NCBI GenBank assembly: GCA_947243855.1
Contig: CAMXIK010000018.1
Span: 6,813 to 70,812 of the forward strand
Source of the DNA: an uncultured Lachnospiraceae bacterium
GTDB lineage: Bacteria > Bacillota > Clostridia > Lachnospirales > Lachnospiraceae
Direction of reading: 5' to 3'
DNA length: 64,000 nucleotides
How positions within the stretch are numbered: the first letter of the stretch is position 1; each line of letters begins with the position of its first letter. The position numbers and the translations under genes are program-made. Positions 18,633 to 29,143 of the stretch are shown piece after piece. Under the pieces are notes generated by a model. It made no database searches. It saw only the letters and a list, made by a program, of their open reading frames with translations, and had not been told where the DNA came from.

Positions 18633-18651
18633 AAAACAAGGAGAAAGAATT

Positions 18652-20160
18652 ATGGCATTAGCTACATTAATAAAAAGATTACAGGACATTATGCGCGGAG
18701 ATGCAGGTGTTGGTGGGGATGAGCAGAGATTATCCCAAATTGTATGGATTTTGTTTTTAAAGATTTTTGATTATAAAGAGGAAGAATGGGAACTGACACA
18801 AGATAATTATGTTCCAACCATTCCAGTAGGCTATCGTTGGAGAGATTGGGTAACATCAACGTCTGTAAAGGATCAGATGACAGGGGAAGAACTGATCAAT
18901 TTTGTCAATAATATGCTGTTCAGAGTTTTATCAGGCGATGCTGTTAAGGATGAAAAGGGAGAAGATGTATACCTTTTTACAAGATCGGATAGGGCATCGC
19001 TTATTGTAAAAGAACTGATGAAGGAATCGACAAACTTTATGAAAAATGGAGTCCTTCTCAGACAGCTTCTTAACATATTCGATGAAATTGACTTTTCCGA
19101 TTATAACGAAAGACATGCTTTCAATGATATTTATGAAACATTGTTGAAAGGTTTGCAGAAGAATAACGGAGAATTTTATACACCTAGAGCAATCACTTCT
19201 TTTGTGGTTGATAAGGTTAATCCCAAAATTGGAGAAAAGATTGCAGATTTTGCATGTGGTACAGGTGGGTTTCTTGTAGATGCGCTTCATCATGTGGAAG
19301 ATGCAGGAATCAAGGTAGAAGATTTACCCAAACTGCAACATTCTTTTTATGGAGTTGAGAAAAAGCAGCTTCCTTATATGCTCTGTACAACGAATATGTT
19401 GTTAAATGATATTGCAGAGCCAGATATTATGCATGACAATTCGTTGGAACAGGATGTAAGAAGATATACAGATGATGATAAGTTTGATGTTATCCTGATG
19501 AATCCTCCTTATGGCGGCTCAGAACTTGAAATTGTGCAGAAGAATTTTCCTGCTGAACTTAGAAATTCAGAGACAGCGGACCTTTTTATGATTGAGATTA
19601 TGTATCGGCTTAATAAAAATGGAAGATGCGGAGTGGTTCTTCCTGATGGCTTTATTTTTGGAACTGATAACAGCAAGAGTGCAATTAAGAAGAAGCTGGT
19701 AGAAGAATTTAATTTACATACAGTCATTAGATTACCAGGGAGCTGTTTCGCTCCATATACAAGTATTGCAACCAATTTGCTTTTCTTTGAAAAGACAGAG
19801 CCGACAAAAGAGGTATGGTTTTACAGATTTGATTTGCCAAACGGACAGAAATTTTCTATGAAAAAGAATCCTATGACAAGGGAGAAAATGTCTGCCCTTG
19901 ATGAATGGTGGGATAATCGTGTAGAGATAAAAGATAAAAAAGAAGACAGTTCTATGACAGAGACTTGGAAAGCAAAAAAAGTATCTGTAGAAGAAATAGC
20001 GGCGAATAATTATAGTTTAGACTTTTGTGGTTTTCCGAATGAGGAAAAAGTGATCCTTTCTCCGAAAGAGACGATAGAGAACTTTAAAGCGGAGAGGGAG
20101 AGACTTGATCGGAAGATGGATGCGAAACTACAGGAGATAATGGATATGTTGGGAGTGTAG
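18652..20160 (+). CDS. hsdM: Type I modification subunit M (N6-adenine methyltransferase)
   Basis: GEFYTPRAI, DFACGTGGFL, NPPY. Confidence 0.95.
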   Translation: MALATLIKRLQDIMRGDAGVGGDEQRLSQIVWILFLKIFDYKEEEWELTQDNYVPTIPVGYRWRDWVTSTSVKDQMTGEELINFVNNMLFRVLSGDAVKDEKGEDVYLFTRSDRASLIVKELMKESTNFMKNGVLLRQLLNIFDEIDFSDYNERHAFNDIYETLLKGLQKNNGEFYTPRAITSFVVDKVNPKIGEKIADFACGTGGFLVDALHHVEDAGIKVEDLPKLQHSFYGVEKKQLPYMLCTTNMLLNDIAEPDIMHDNSLEQDVRRYTDDDKFDVILMNPPYGGSELEIVQKNFPAELRNSETADLFMIEIMYRLNKNGRCGVVLPDGFIFGTDNSKSAIKKKLVEEFNLHTVIRLPGSCFAPYTSIATNLLFFEKTEPTKEVWFYRFDLPNGQKFSMKKNPMTREKMSALDEWWDNRVEIKDKKEDSSMTETWKAKKVSVEEIAANNYSLDFCGFPNEEKVILSPKETIENFKAERERLDRKMDAKLQEIMDMLGV

Positions 20161-20162
20161 TT

Positions 20163-21635
20163 ATGGTATTAGCAGAAGATTTGAGACAGGCAGTATTGCA
20201 GGTTGCATTGCAGGGTAAGCTGACTAAGCAGCTTGAAACAGATAGTAATGTGGATGAAATGCTGATAAATATACAAGCTGAAAAAGAGAAATTAATAGCT
20301 GAAAAGAAGATAAAAAAGGAAAAGCCATTGCCAGAAATTCAGGAGGAAGATATCCCATTTGAAATTCCTGATAATTGGAGATGGGCAAGATTGCAGGCTT
20401 TTTTGGATGTTAGAGATGGAACACATGATTCACCTAAATATGTTGAAAGTGGTATACCATTTGTGACAAGTAAAAACCTGAATAATGGGGAAATAGATTT
20501 TTCAGATGTTAAATACATTACAAAAGAAGATGCAGATTTTTTTAATGCTCGTTCAAAAGTAAACAAGAATGATATTTTAATGGCAATGATTGGAAGTATC
20601 GGAAAGCCTGTATTGGTTGATGTAGAAAAAGAATTTGCAATAAAGAATATGGCTCTATTTAAACCAGTTCCAAATAGTGATATTCACATGGATTATGTAT
20701 TACTTTTATTAAACTATGCGGAGAGTCTTATGAATGCTCAATCCACAGGTGGAGTTCAAAAGTTTGTATCATTGACATATTTAAGAGAATTTATTTCTCC
20801 GCTTCCTCCAATCGAAGAACAGCAGAGAATTGTTGATAAAATTAACGAGATTATGCCAAAGATCGATGAATATGAGAAGATTGAAAAAGAGTTGGAAACA
20901 TTAAAGAAAGTGTTTCCGACAAATATGAAGGATGCATTGCTTCAAGTTGCTATGCAGGGAAAATTGACAGAGCAGTTGAAGAGTGATAGTAGTGTTTTTT
21001 CTGTTATTGAACAGTGTGAAAAAGATAAAGAAACAGCTATCAATGAAGGAAAATATAAAAAAGAAAAATTTAGAGGAGCATTACCAGAAGAAGAATATCC
21101 TTTTGAGATTCCTGATAATTGGAAATGGTTATACATATCTGATATATCATTGTTTCAAGAAGGACCTGGTATATTAGCGGTTGATTTTAGAACAAAAGGT
21201 GTGCCACTTATAAGGATTGCAGGAATGCAAGAAGACATTGTGAGGCTTGATGGGTGCAACTATTTGGAGCCTCAAATGGTGGAAGATAAATGGAAGCATT
21301 TTAAGTTGGATTTGGGAGATATTGTTATCAGCACAAGTGCATCAATGGATAAAATTGCAGAAGTCACTGAAGAAACAGTGGGAGCTATTCCATACACGGG
21401 ATTAATTAGGTTTAAAATGTATGGAAATATAAATAAAGAGTATTTTAAGTATTTTATTAAATCTTCATTTTATGCAATGCAGATTAATGAACAGAAATCA
21501 GGAGGAACTATTAAGCATTATGGCCCAACTCATTTAAAAAAGATGGTTATTCCAATTCCTCCAATAGAGGAACAGCAGAGAATTGTGGAAAGATTGGAAG
21601 CATTGTTGCCATTATGTGAGGATTTGAAGGAATAG
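20163..21635 (+). CDS. hsdS: Type I specificity subunit S
   Basis: Two TRDs with repeated LQVA(L/M)QGKLT, PFEIPDNW and P(L/I)PPIEEQQRIV. Confidence 0.93.
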   Translation: MVLAEDLRQAVLQVALQGKLTKQLETDSNVDEMLINIQAEKEKLIAEKKIKKEKPLPEIQEEDIPFEIPDNWRWARLQAFLDVRDGTHDSPKYVESGIPFVTSKNLNNGEIDFSDVKYITKEDADFFNARSKVNKNDILMAMIGSIGKPVLVDVEKEFAIKNMALFKPVPNSDIHMDYVLLLLNYAESLMNAQSTGGVQKFVSLTYLREFISPLPPIEEQQRIVDKINEIMPKIDEYEKIEKELETLKKVFPTNMKDALLQVAMQGKLTEQLKSDSSVFSVIEQCEKDKETAINEGKYKKEKFRGALPEEEYPFEIPDNWKWLYISDISLFQEGPGILAVDFRTKGVPLIRIAGMQEDIVRLDGCNYLEPQMVEDKWKHFKLDLGDIVISTSASMDKIAEVTEETVGAIPYTGLIRFKMYGNINKEYFKYFIKSSFYAMQINEQKSGGTIKHYGPTHLKKMVIPIPPIEEQQRIVERLEALLPLCEDLKE

Positions 21636-21645
21636 GAGTATAGGG

Positions 21646-23233
21646 ATGGAACAATCTGTTTATGAATTGCAACAGATGGCTCTTGATAAAAATGGAGATA
21701 TTGAAGAGTTGCTTAGGAAAGCATATTTGATTGCTGTTTCAATAGATCAAAAAGATATTGAAGAATGGGTTCTTAATGAGCAAAATGGTTATCAAAGTGT
21801 GGATGATCTTCCTGAATACAGATTTCTGCGGGGCGAATTAAAGGCATACAATTTTGGACGATGGATTCCTACTCAGTTTAATAAACAAGAGCAAGCACAA
21901 GCATTTTCTAAATTGCCATTTACAGAATCCATTTCAGGAATTGTTGAAGCATTTCATAATAGTAGTAATGGGAGTGCCTCATATTCCATTACGGATTCAT
22001 TAACCCAAGCACTTAACAAAAAATGGAAATTTTGTTACCGTTTATAATTATTTTGTATCTACAGGACAACTAAAACAAGTAATTAGTTCGGTTCAAAATA
22101 AGATTTTGTATTGGACTATCGAATTAGAAAAGAATAGTCAGGCAATGAAAAAAGAAATAGAAGAGACAAAGAGCGTTAAGGAGAGAGAAGTTTTGATAAA
22201 AGCGAATATATTTTTATCCTATTGCTGGAATGACTCAAGTGAAGCGAATAAAATCTATGATTATTTCAAGAACAGTCAAAATATTGAGTTACATAGAGAT
22301 ACTATTGACATTGGAAAATGGGGTAGCATAAAAGAATATATGCAATCTATTAGTAATATGGATTATACAATCCTTCTTATTTCAGATTCATATTTGAAAT
22401 CTGCTAATTGCATGTATGAAGTTTTGGAAGTAATGCGAGATAGAAATTATAGAGATAAAATTTTCCCCGCTGTCATATATTCAGGAATCTATAGTCCTGT
22501 TACAAGAGCGAAATATGTGAAGCATTGGCAAGATGAATTTAAAGAGTTAGAACGTACGCTGAAAGAAATTAATGTGCAGAATCTTGGAAAACTAAATGAG
22601 GATTTGAAACAGAGACAGGATATATCTTCTAATATTGCAGAGTTCTTAGATGCTGTTTCTGATATGAATAATCCTAATATTGCAGATGTTTGTATAAGTA
22701 TCGAAGAAAAATTAAGGCAGAAAGGTTTCCTTGGAAATGGGAGAAGCCAGATTAGTGGTGCGAATGATTTATTTGCTACATTGGGAATACCAAAAACGAA
22801 ATATAATTCTGAACCAACAGATTTAGAAGTTAATCAATTTGTAAAAGACAGTTTTATTCGGATTGCAGAGCTGCTATTACAATTATGCCAGCAGTACCAA
22901 GCTCAAAATGCATGGATGCAGGTGCAGATCGAACAGGTTGATACAAGAACTGTGGTTTACCAGTTTTATAAAAATGGGCAGTTGGCGCGAGGATTGAAAT
23001 TGTTTTTGAGTAATATGCTTGGCAGTGGAAGAGAAAATATTGGCTTATCTGATAACACAATGTCATTTGGCGGTGGAAATTCGTGGAATGGTATGTACGA
23101 TGCGAAATTTATAGATGGAGAATTAAAGCTGTATGCAACAATGTCATTTATGAATAGCCAAAAGGTAATGACGGTAGAAGAAGTTGTAGCGGATATTTGG
23201 GAACATTATATACAAATATATTTGGAAAGATAG
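21646..23233 (+). pseudogene. AbiTii-TIR-CTD fusion split by a one-base insertion in the A6 run 22018-22023 (ORFs 21646-22047 and 22106-23233)
   Basis: LLRKAYLIA...EWVLNEQNGY...LPEYR is AbiTii-like; removing one A continues NGNFVTVYNYFVSTGQLKQVISSVQNKILYWTIELEK into a TIR domain (IFLSYCW...ILLISDSYLKSANCMYE). Confidence 0.75.
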
Positions 23234-23367
23234 CGGATTTTTGTATGTATGAGAGTGAACTTATAAATAAAGAGATATAAAAACTGTTAGATGAATTAAA
23301 AAATTGGGAATAGCTTGATATTAAGATCAATATTAGTGAATACTTTGAATATTTATAGGAGCATCAT

Positions 23368-24213
23368 ATGCCGGAAGAAAAGAATTTGACATCTGGGAGA
23401 TATACAATCAGTCAGCTAAAAATGCATGAAATGTGCGATAGTATCCTAGAACAGTTAGAAAAAGCGATTTCTTTAAAAGAAAATGGATTAATTCTGGAAT
23501 CAGATGCTGTGATGGATATGTTGTTATTAGAAGTTGAAAAAATAATGGAACAATTTGATGAGACTAAAGAGAAAACTGAAAATTTGAATTTTGATAATAG
23601 CATATTGCCAAAGAGAGGAAAGCTTCTTGCCGAAAATGATAAAGTCATATTAAAGGCGGTATCAGATAAAGACTACGAAAATTATATGGAAGTATCTTAT
23701 GAATGCTCTATTTTGAGAAGCGCTTTTAGGGAAGATGCTTTTAAAAAAGATTTATGGGAATCATTTTTATCTGATACGGCCGCGAACTTTTCCATTTTTG
23801 ACAAGGTAACGGGAGAATATGTAGGTTATTGCGGAATAAAAAATATAAATGTAGAGAATTGGGAATTAGTAATAGAACTTTTAAAGAAATATAGGCATCG
23901 GGGATATGGATATCATGCGCTTGTAGTAATGTTAAATGCTTTAACGAAATTGACAGGAAAAACTACATATAGAAGCAGGGTTGACTCTGATAATTATGCA
24001 TCGCAGAATCTTATGAAAAAACTTGGAGCACAACCTAATGGAATCAGCGAAATGTTTATTCATGGAGAAGATTTGCGCAAGTTTCAGGAAGAAAATAAAA
24101 ATTTAATTGATGATAAATTAAGAAAATTGGCAAAGGAGTTTCATGTTGCTCCGATTGATTTGATAGGGCATGTATTGGAGTTTCGTATTGAATGGAAGCT
24201 AACGGATTTATAG
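23368..24213 (+). CDS. GNAT (RimJ/RimL-like) acetyltransferase with an N-terminal extension
   Basis: YVGYCG...ELLKKYRHRGYGYHAL...DNYASQNLMKKLG. Confidence 0.85.
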   Translation: MPEEKNLTSGRYTISQLKMHEMCDSILEQLEKAISLKENGLILESDAVMDMLLLEVEKIMEQFDETKEKTENLNFDNSILPKRGKLLAENDKVILKAVSDKDYENYMEVSYECSILRSAFREDAFKKDLWESFLSDTAANFSIFDKVTGEYVGYCGIKNINVENWELVIELLKKYRHRGYGYHALVVMLNALTKLTGKTTYRSRVDSDNYASQNLMKKLGAQPNGISEMFIHGEDLRKFQEENKNLIDDKLRKLAKEFHVAPIDLIGHVLEFRIEWKLTDL

Positions 24214-24214
24214 A

Positions 24215-24777
24215 ATGAGGAGAAGGCTTTTGTGTGACAAAAGAAATGAATTTATTGTAGGTAATAATCTTGCATTATATGGAGAAAAAATTATTGTAAG
24301 TCTGCTGAATCAATCAAATGTGGAATTCTATTTGTCTACATATAAAAGGGCTTTTGCTTTTTCAAAAGTATATGAGATAATGCCCGATTTCTGGGAATGT
24401 CATTGCAGGGCGTTGGATATTTTGAATTAGACTATGGCAATCCGGAAATACCGGAAGTAGATATCGCAATACTTGAGGAATATCAAAGAAAAGGGTATCC
24501 ATTTGAAACTGCCAAGATACTGTTTTTAGATATATTTGAAAATGAATCAATAAAGTGTATTGTTTGGAATGCTTTCCGTTCAAATAAAGCAAGTTGTAAG
24601 GGGCTGAAAAGTTGGGCGGTAAGAGCGTAGAGGGGAAAAATCTGATAGTGGAAGCTATGCGGGCAGCAGGATTAAAAGTAAATCCGACAGATTATGCGGA
24701 GGCTTCCGCGACAGTGACGTATGAGATTAGCAAAACAATATTTATGGACAGATTTGGTAATAGAGATTGTATGTAAG
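24215..24777 (+). pseudogene. Second GNAT, frameshifted
   Basis: Pieces in three frames: VGYFELD...EEYQRKGY...NKASC / EKLGG. Confidence 0.65.
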
Positions 24778-25173
24778 AAAAAGATTTATTAGTTATACAA
24801 CAGAAGACGGATTATCAAAGATTGAAACAATTTTCGATGGCGATACGGTCTGGTTGTCAAAGGCGCAGATGGCGGAGCTATTTCAAAGAGATCGCTCTGT
24901 AATTTCAAAACACGTAAAAATATATTTGAAGAAGGTGAGCTTTCCAGAGAAGGCAATGTGCAAATTTTGCACATTGCAAATTCTGATAAGCCCGTAAAAT
25001 TTTATAATCTCGATGTAATCATTTCTGTCGGTTATCGTGTATAATCAAAACGAGGCACGCAGTTCAGAATATGGACGTCTGGAGAATATAAGAAATATAA
25101 AGAACGTACTTTAAGCGATGTGGAACAGGATTATTTGAACTCCATAAAAATATTGGGTAAAAAGGCAGAGTAA
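24767..25173 (+). pseudogene. RhuM-family relic with internal deletion
   Basis: YTTEDG...TVWLSKAQMAELFQRDRSVISKH, YNLDVIISVGYRV, then a jump to a C-terminal ...SDVEQDYLNSIK. Confidence 0.7.
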
Positions 25174-25375
25174 AAGGCAACGGGCGTTGCATAAATGAGA
25201 TAAATATATACATGTAAATAGGCAAAGATACACCCCCCCATCTTCTTTCAGGGATGCTAAATGCCCGACTATAATGTGTGGCATAAGTGTGATTATAAAA
25301 AGCAGATCAGAGAGGAACAGTTAGACGGTGTGTTTATTGTCCAAACTATATTAAAAAGTGATAAAGGAGACACAG

Positions 25376-25775
25376 ATGGGGAAAACGCTTATAAAAGAAA
25401 CCATTCATGTAAAAGGCGTTGATATTGGTATTTACACGACGGATTTTGAGGTCGAATTCCTTGGACTTTGGGAGATGCTACATAATTCTGATTTTAAACG
25501 TATCGAATTCGATACGTTTAAAAAGGATGCAGGAACAAATGCTTATGTATTTTCAATAAAGAAATGGAACGAAGAACTTGGCGCTATTGATTTAATTACA
25601 AAATCAGGACGCTATCATGGGGGTATTTATGAGCATATGGATATTGCATTGGAATTTGAACAGAGAAATTTCCAAGTTAAATTGCAGGATACATACGGAT
25701 GCGATTAAGGATAATTTGATTCCACCAGAATTAACGCCCGCACAGATATCTTATACATACGCGAATGAAGCAGAA
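25376..25775 (+). pseudogene. KilA-N domain gene, copy 1, with internal deletions
   Basis: EFLGLWE...LHNSDF...SGRY, and DNA similarity to 28242-29086. Confidence 0.7.
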
Positions 25776-25829
25776 ATATTATAAATGTTTGTGATATAAT
25801 GAGGTATGTAGTCAAATGGGAGAAGTTAT

Positions 25830-26861
25830 ATGAATGAGAAATTTTATAATGAAATTAAAAATATTTTGATTATAGCAAGAAATAAAGCCTATCAAACAGC
25901 CAATTTTGCAATGGTTGAGGCGTATTGGAATATAGGAAAATCAATCATTGAAGAACAGGGCGGAAAGGATAAGGCTGAGTATGGGTCAGGTTTGTTAAAA
26001 GAATTGTCAAAACAAATGACACGGGATTTCGGTAAAGGTTTTACAGTGACAAATTTGAAGTATATGAGGCAGTTTTATTTGATGTTTCAAAATGGTCACG
26101 CACTGCGTGACGAATTGAGCTGGACACATTACAGACTGTTAATAAAAGTGGAAAATGATAATGCAAGAGAATTTTATATGCAGGAGGCTGTAAAATCACA
26201 ATGGAGTACCAGACAGCTTGAAAGACAGATAAATTCTTTCTTTTATGAAAGACTATTATCCAGTAAAAACAAAGAACAGGTTGCGGAGGAGATTCAAAAA
26301 TTAGAGCCGGCTAAAAAACCAGAAGATGTTATTCGTGACCCGTATGTGTTGGAATTTCTTGGGCTGACACCTAATGATGATTTTTTTGAAAGCGATTTGG
26401 AGCAGGCATTGATTACTCATTTGCAAAAATTCCTTTTAGAGCTTGGAAGAGGATTTTCATTTGTTGCCAGACAGAAGAGGATTACTTTTGATGGGCGGCA
26501 TTTTAGAATTGATCTTGTATTTTATAATTATATTTTGAAATGTTTTGTTTTGATAGATTTAAAAGTTGGGGATTTGACACATCAGGATTTAGGACAGATG
26601 CAGATGTATGTTCATTATTATGAACGAGAACTTATGAATGAGGGAGACAATCCACCGATTGGTATCGTGTTATGTGCAGATAAAAGCGAATCCGTGGTTA
26701 AGTATACATTGCCCGAAAACGAAACACAGATTTTTGCTTCAAAATACAAATTGTATTTACCAAGCGAGGAAGAATTATTGCGGGAATTAAATCTGGAATA
26801 TCAAGCGTTGGAAGCTAGTAAGACGGGGGAAGAGAACATCGGCGGTATGAAAGAAGGATAA
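25830..26861 (+). CDS. YhcG/DUF1016 PD-(D/E)XK nuclease-like protein
   Basis: YWNIG, LSWTHY, DPYVLEFL, ESDLEQAL, FLLELGRGF, IDLVFY...LIDLK, GQMQMY. Confidence 0.92.
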   Translation: MNEKFYNEIKNILIIARNKAYQTANFAMVEAYWNIGKSIIEEQGGKDKAEYGSGLLKELSKQMTRDFGKGFTVTNLKYMRQFYLMFQNGHALRDELSWTHYRLLIKVENDNAREFYMQEAVKSQWSTRQLERQINSFFYERLLSSKNKEQVAEEIQKLEPAKKPEDVIRDPYVLEFLGLTPNDDFFESDLEQALITHLQKFLLELGRGFSFVARQKRITFDGRHFRIDLVFYNYILKCFVLIDLKVGDLTHQDLGQMQMYVHYYERELMNEGDNPPIGIVLCADKSESVVKYTLPENETQIFASKYKLYLPSEEELLRELNLEYQALEASKTGEENIGGMKEG

Positions 26862-26899
26862 ATTTTGCATCAGGGCGGTGCAAAATTGATGGAGTTTAT

Positions 26900-27225
26900 A
26901 TTTTGTGGAAAAAAGGATGCACGAATGGTATTTGTACTGATGGAAAAACCTATAATGCAATCCATTACAATCTTGATATGATTCTTTCTCTGGGTTATCG
27001 TGTAAAATCCAAAATTGCAACAAATTTTCGGCGTTGGGCGACAGAACGCCTGAAAGAGTATATGAGCGTGCGGATGCAAGTCAGCTGTTCATGGGATTGA
27101 AGAGTTTTTCTGAGGGTTGTCTTACATTAAAAGATATAAATGTTGCAAAGAATTATTTTACCGCCGATTGAAAAAGAATATTTGGAAAGTATTAAAACGA
27201 TTCATAGTACAGTAAAGAAAGGGAT
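26900..27225 (+). pseudogene. Second RhuM relic
   Basis: HYNLDMILSLGYRVKSKIATNFRRWATERLKEY plus fragments DINVAKNY and EKEYLESIK. Confidence 0.65.
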
Positions 27226-27239
27226 CAGGAGAAAATGAT

Positions 27240-28133
27240 ATGGAAATTTTCGTGCGAAATATTAGAAGATTGGCGAGATATTTCTTCTTAGTTTTTGCTG
27301 GTTTCCTTCTAACAGGCTGCGCTGGACGAGCGCAACAGGCTGTCTCTGCATCCGAGGAAGTAAAGAACGCGGAGAGCCATGAAACGGAGAGTCCTGAAAG
27401 TGTGAAAATGGAACCAGACGACATGGTAGAAGAGAAGACTGCCGAGTTAGTCTGTGAAAGATTGTGGGCGGTCGATTTCACAATAAAAGAATATCCGATC
27501 AATGAAGAACTATATACGGAGGAGCTGGATAGAGAATATAAAGAAGTTTTTTTGCAGGTCTTGTTAAATCAGACATTGATACAGAATGAAGACGGACAAG
27601 AAATCTATTTTGCAGATATCGACCCTAAGGAAATGTCTGATGTAGATTATATGACCATAATAAAGGAGCTTTTTGTTTATTGCTATCTTGACTTTGATGG
27701 GGATGGCTTCCCTGAATTGATTGCAGATCCACGTGGGGCATATGTACGTTTTGGAGGGCCGCGTATCTTAAAATATGATAGGAATAGTAAGAAGGTATTT
27801 GTAGACGGATATCGTTTTATGAAATATAGGCCTCTGTGCGCCGGTAAATTTTATTATGAAGATAGAGGAGGAGCTTCAGCAATCAGATATGGATATCAGG
27901 AAATAGATTCGCAGGGGAATGTGGTTGAAGAAGTGACATTCCAACTTGTGCATCCAGTATATGAGTATCCGGAACGATATTTTATAGACTCAATAGGGGA
28001 GTTTGAACACGTAACAGTGGAGTTAGATAAAGAAAGCTGGGATGAGCTATTGCATGATTTTTTTGAGGCGAAAGACAATGCAGTTCAAGGGATCACATTT
28101 GATGAGTTTTTCAGTGATATGGAACATCCATGA
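27240..28133 (+). CDS. Lipoprotein, paralogue A
   Basis: Lipobox LLTG-C; DFDGDGFPEL Ca-binding-like motif. Confidence 0.85.
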   Translation: MEIFVRNIRRLARYFFLVFAGFLLTGCAGRAQQAVSASEEVKNAESHETESPESVKMEPDDMVEEKTAELVCERLWAVDFTIKEYPINEELYTEELDREYKEVFLQVLLNQTLIQNEDGQEIYFADIDPKEMSDVDYMTIIKELFVYCYLDFDGDGFPELIADPRGAYVRFGGPRILKYDRNSKKVFVDGYRFMKYRPLCAGKFYYEDRGGASAIRYGYQEIDSQGNVVEEVTFQLVHPVYEYPERYFIDSIGEFEHVTVELDKESWDELLHDFFEAKDNAVQGITFDEFFSDMEHP

Positions 28134-28241
28134 ACATTAATTTAAAACGCCTTTTTTATGACTGGTTGGTGAAGTCTATAAAGCAATGCAGGAAGATTCT
28201 TAAAAGATAAATTTATGGTAAAATTGACTTTGGGGGATAAT

Positions 28242-29086
28242 ATGGCGAAGATTATAAAAGAAACATTCATGCAAAAGGCGTTGATATTGGCATTTACACA
28301 ACGGATTTTGCGAATGAGTATATTTCATTAACAGATATTGCTAGGTATAAAAGTGATGACCCAACAGCGGTTATTCAAAACTGGATGAGAAATCGGGATG
28401 TAATAGAATTTCTGGGACTATGGGAAAGACTCCATAATCCAGATTTTAACCCCCTCGAATTCGAGGGGTTTAGAAAACAGGCAGGAGCGAATGCATTTAC
28501 AATGTCACCCCAAAAATGGATAGAAGCCACAGATGCTATTGGTATTGTTTCAAAAGCCGGACGCTATGGCGGTACATATGCGCACAGTGATATTGCTATG
28601 TCCTTTGCAACATAGATTTCTCCCGAATTTCAATTATACATTATGAAAGATTATCGGCGTCTGAAAATGGATGAAAACAGCCGCTTATCTTTGAACTGGA
28701 ATTTGAACAGAGAAATTTCCAAGTTAAACTATAGGATACATACGGATGCTATTAAAGACAATTTGATTCCACCAGAATTAACGCCTGCACAGGTATCTTA
28801 TACATACGTAAATGAAGCAGATATGCTCAATGTCGTTTTGTTTGGAAAAACAGCGAAGCAATGGAAAGAAGAAAATCCAGCAGTGAAAGGAAACATGCGG
28901 GATATGGCAACGCTGAATCAGTTACTTGTGCTTGCGAATCTGGAAAGCTATAATGCAGTGTTGATTAATCAAGGGAAAGACCAAAAAGAAAGAATGGAAT
29001 TGCTTCGACAGTTAGCGGTGCAGCAATTGCAGACATTGGAAACCGTCAGCTTAAATCATTTGCCAAGATTGGAAGTTAATCCGTAG
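28242..29086 (+). pseudogene. KilA-N domain gene, copy 2 (frameshift near start, in-frame TAG at 28613-28615)
   Basis: EYISLTDIARY, NWMRNRDVIEFLGLWE, GRYGGTYAHSDIA...SFAT*ISPEF, IHTDAIKDNLIP. Confidence 0.8.
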
Positions 29087-29143
29087 AAGATTTGAAACGT
29101 TTGAAGAGAGATAAAAAACGTAAAGGGATCAGGAGAAAATGAT

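Noticed and set aside
20163-21635. hsdS internal repeats as a phase-variable shufflon
   Set aside because: Repeats are direct and match the normal conserved regions; no silent hsdS copy, inverted repeats or recombinase nearby
22106-23233. Calling the TIR gene Thoeris ThsB or a CBASS effector
   Set aside because: No ThsA (SIR2/Macro/SLOG), CD-NTase or STING/SAVED partner in the island
25228-25256. ACACCCCCCC as a MOBT-type oriT
   Set aside because: Lacks the CTAA nick motif and the complementary G-run
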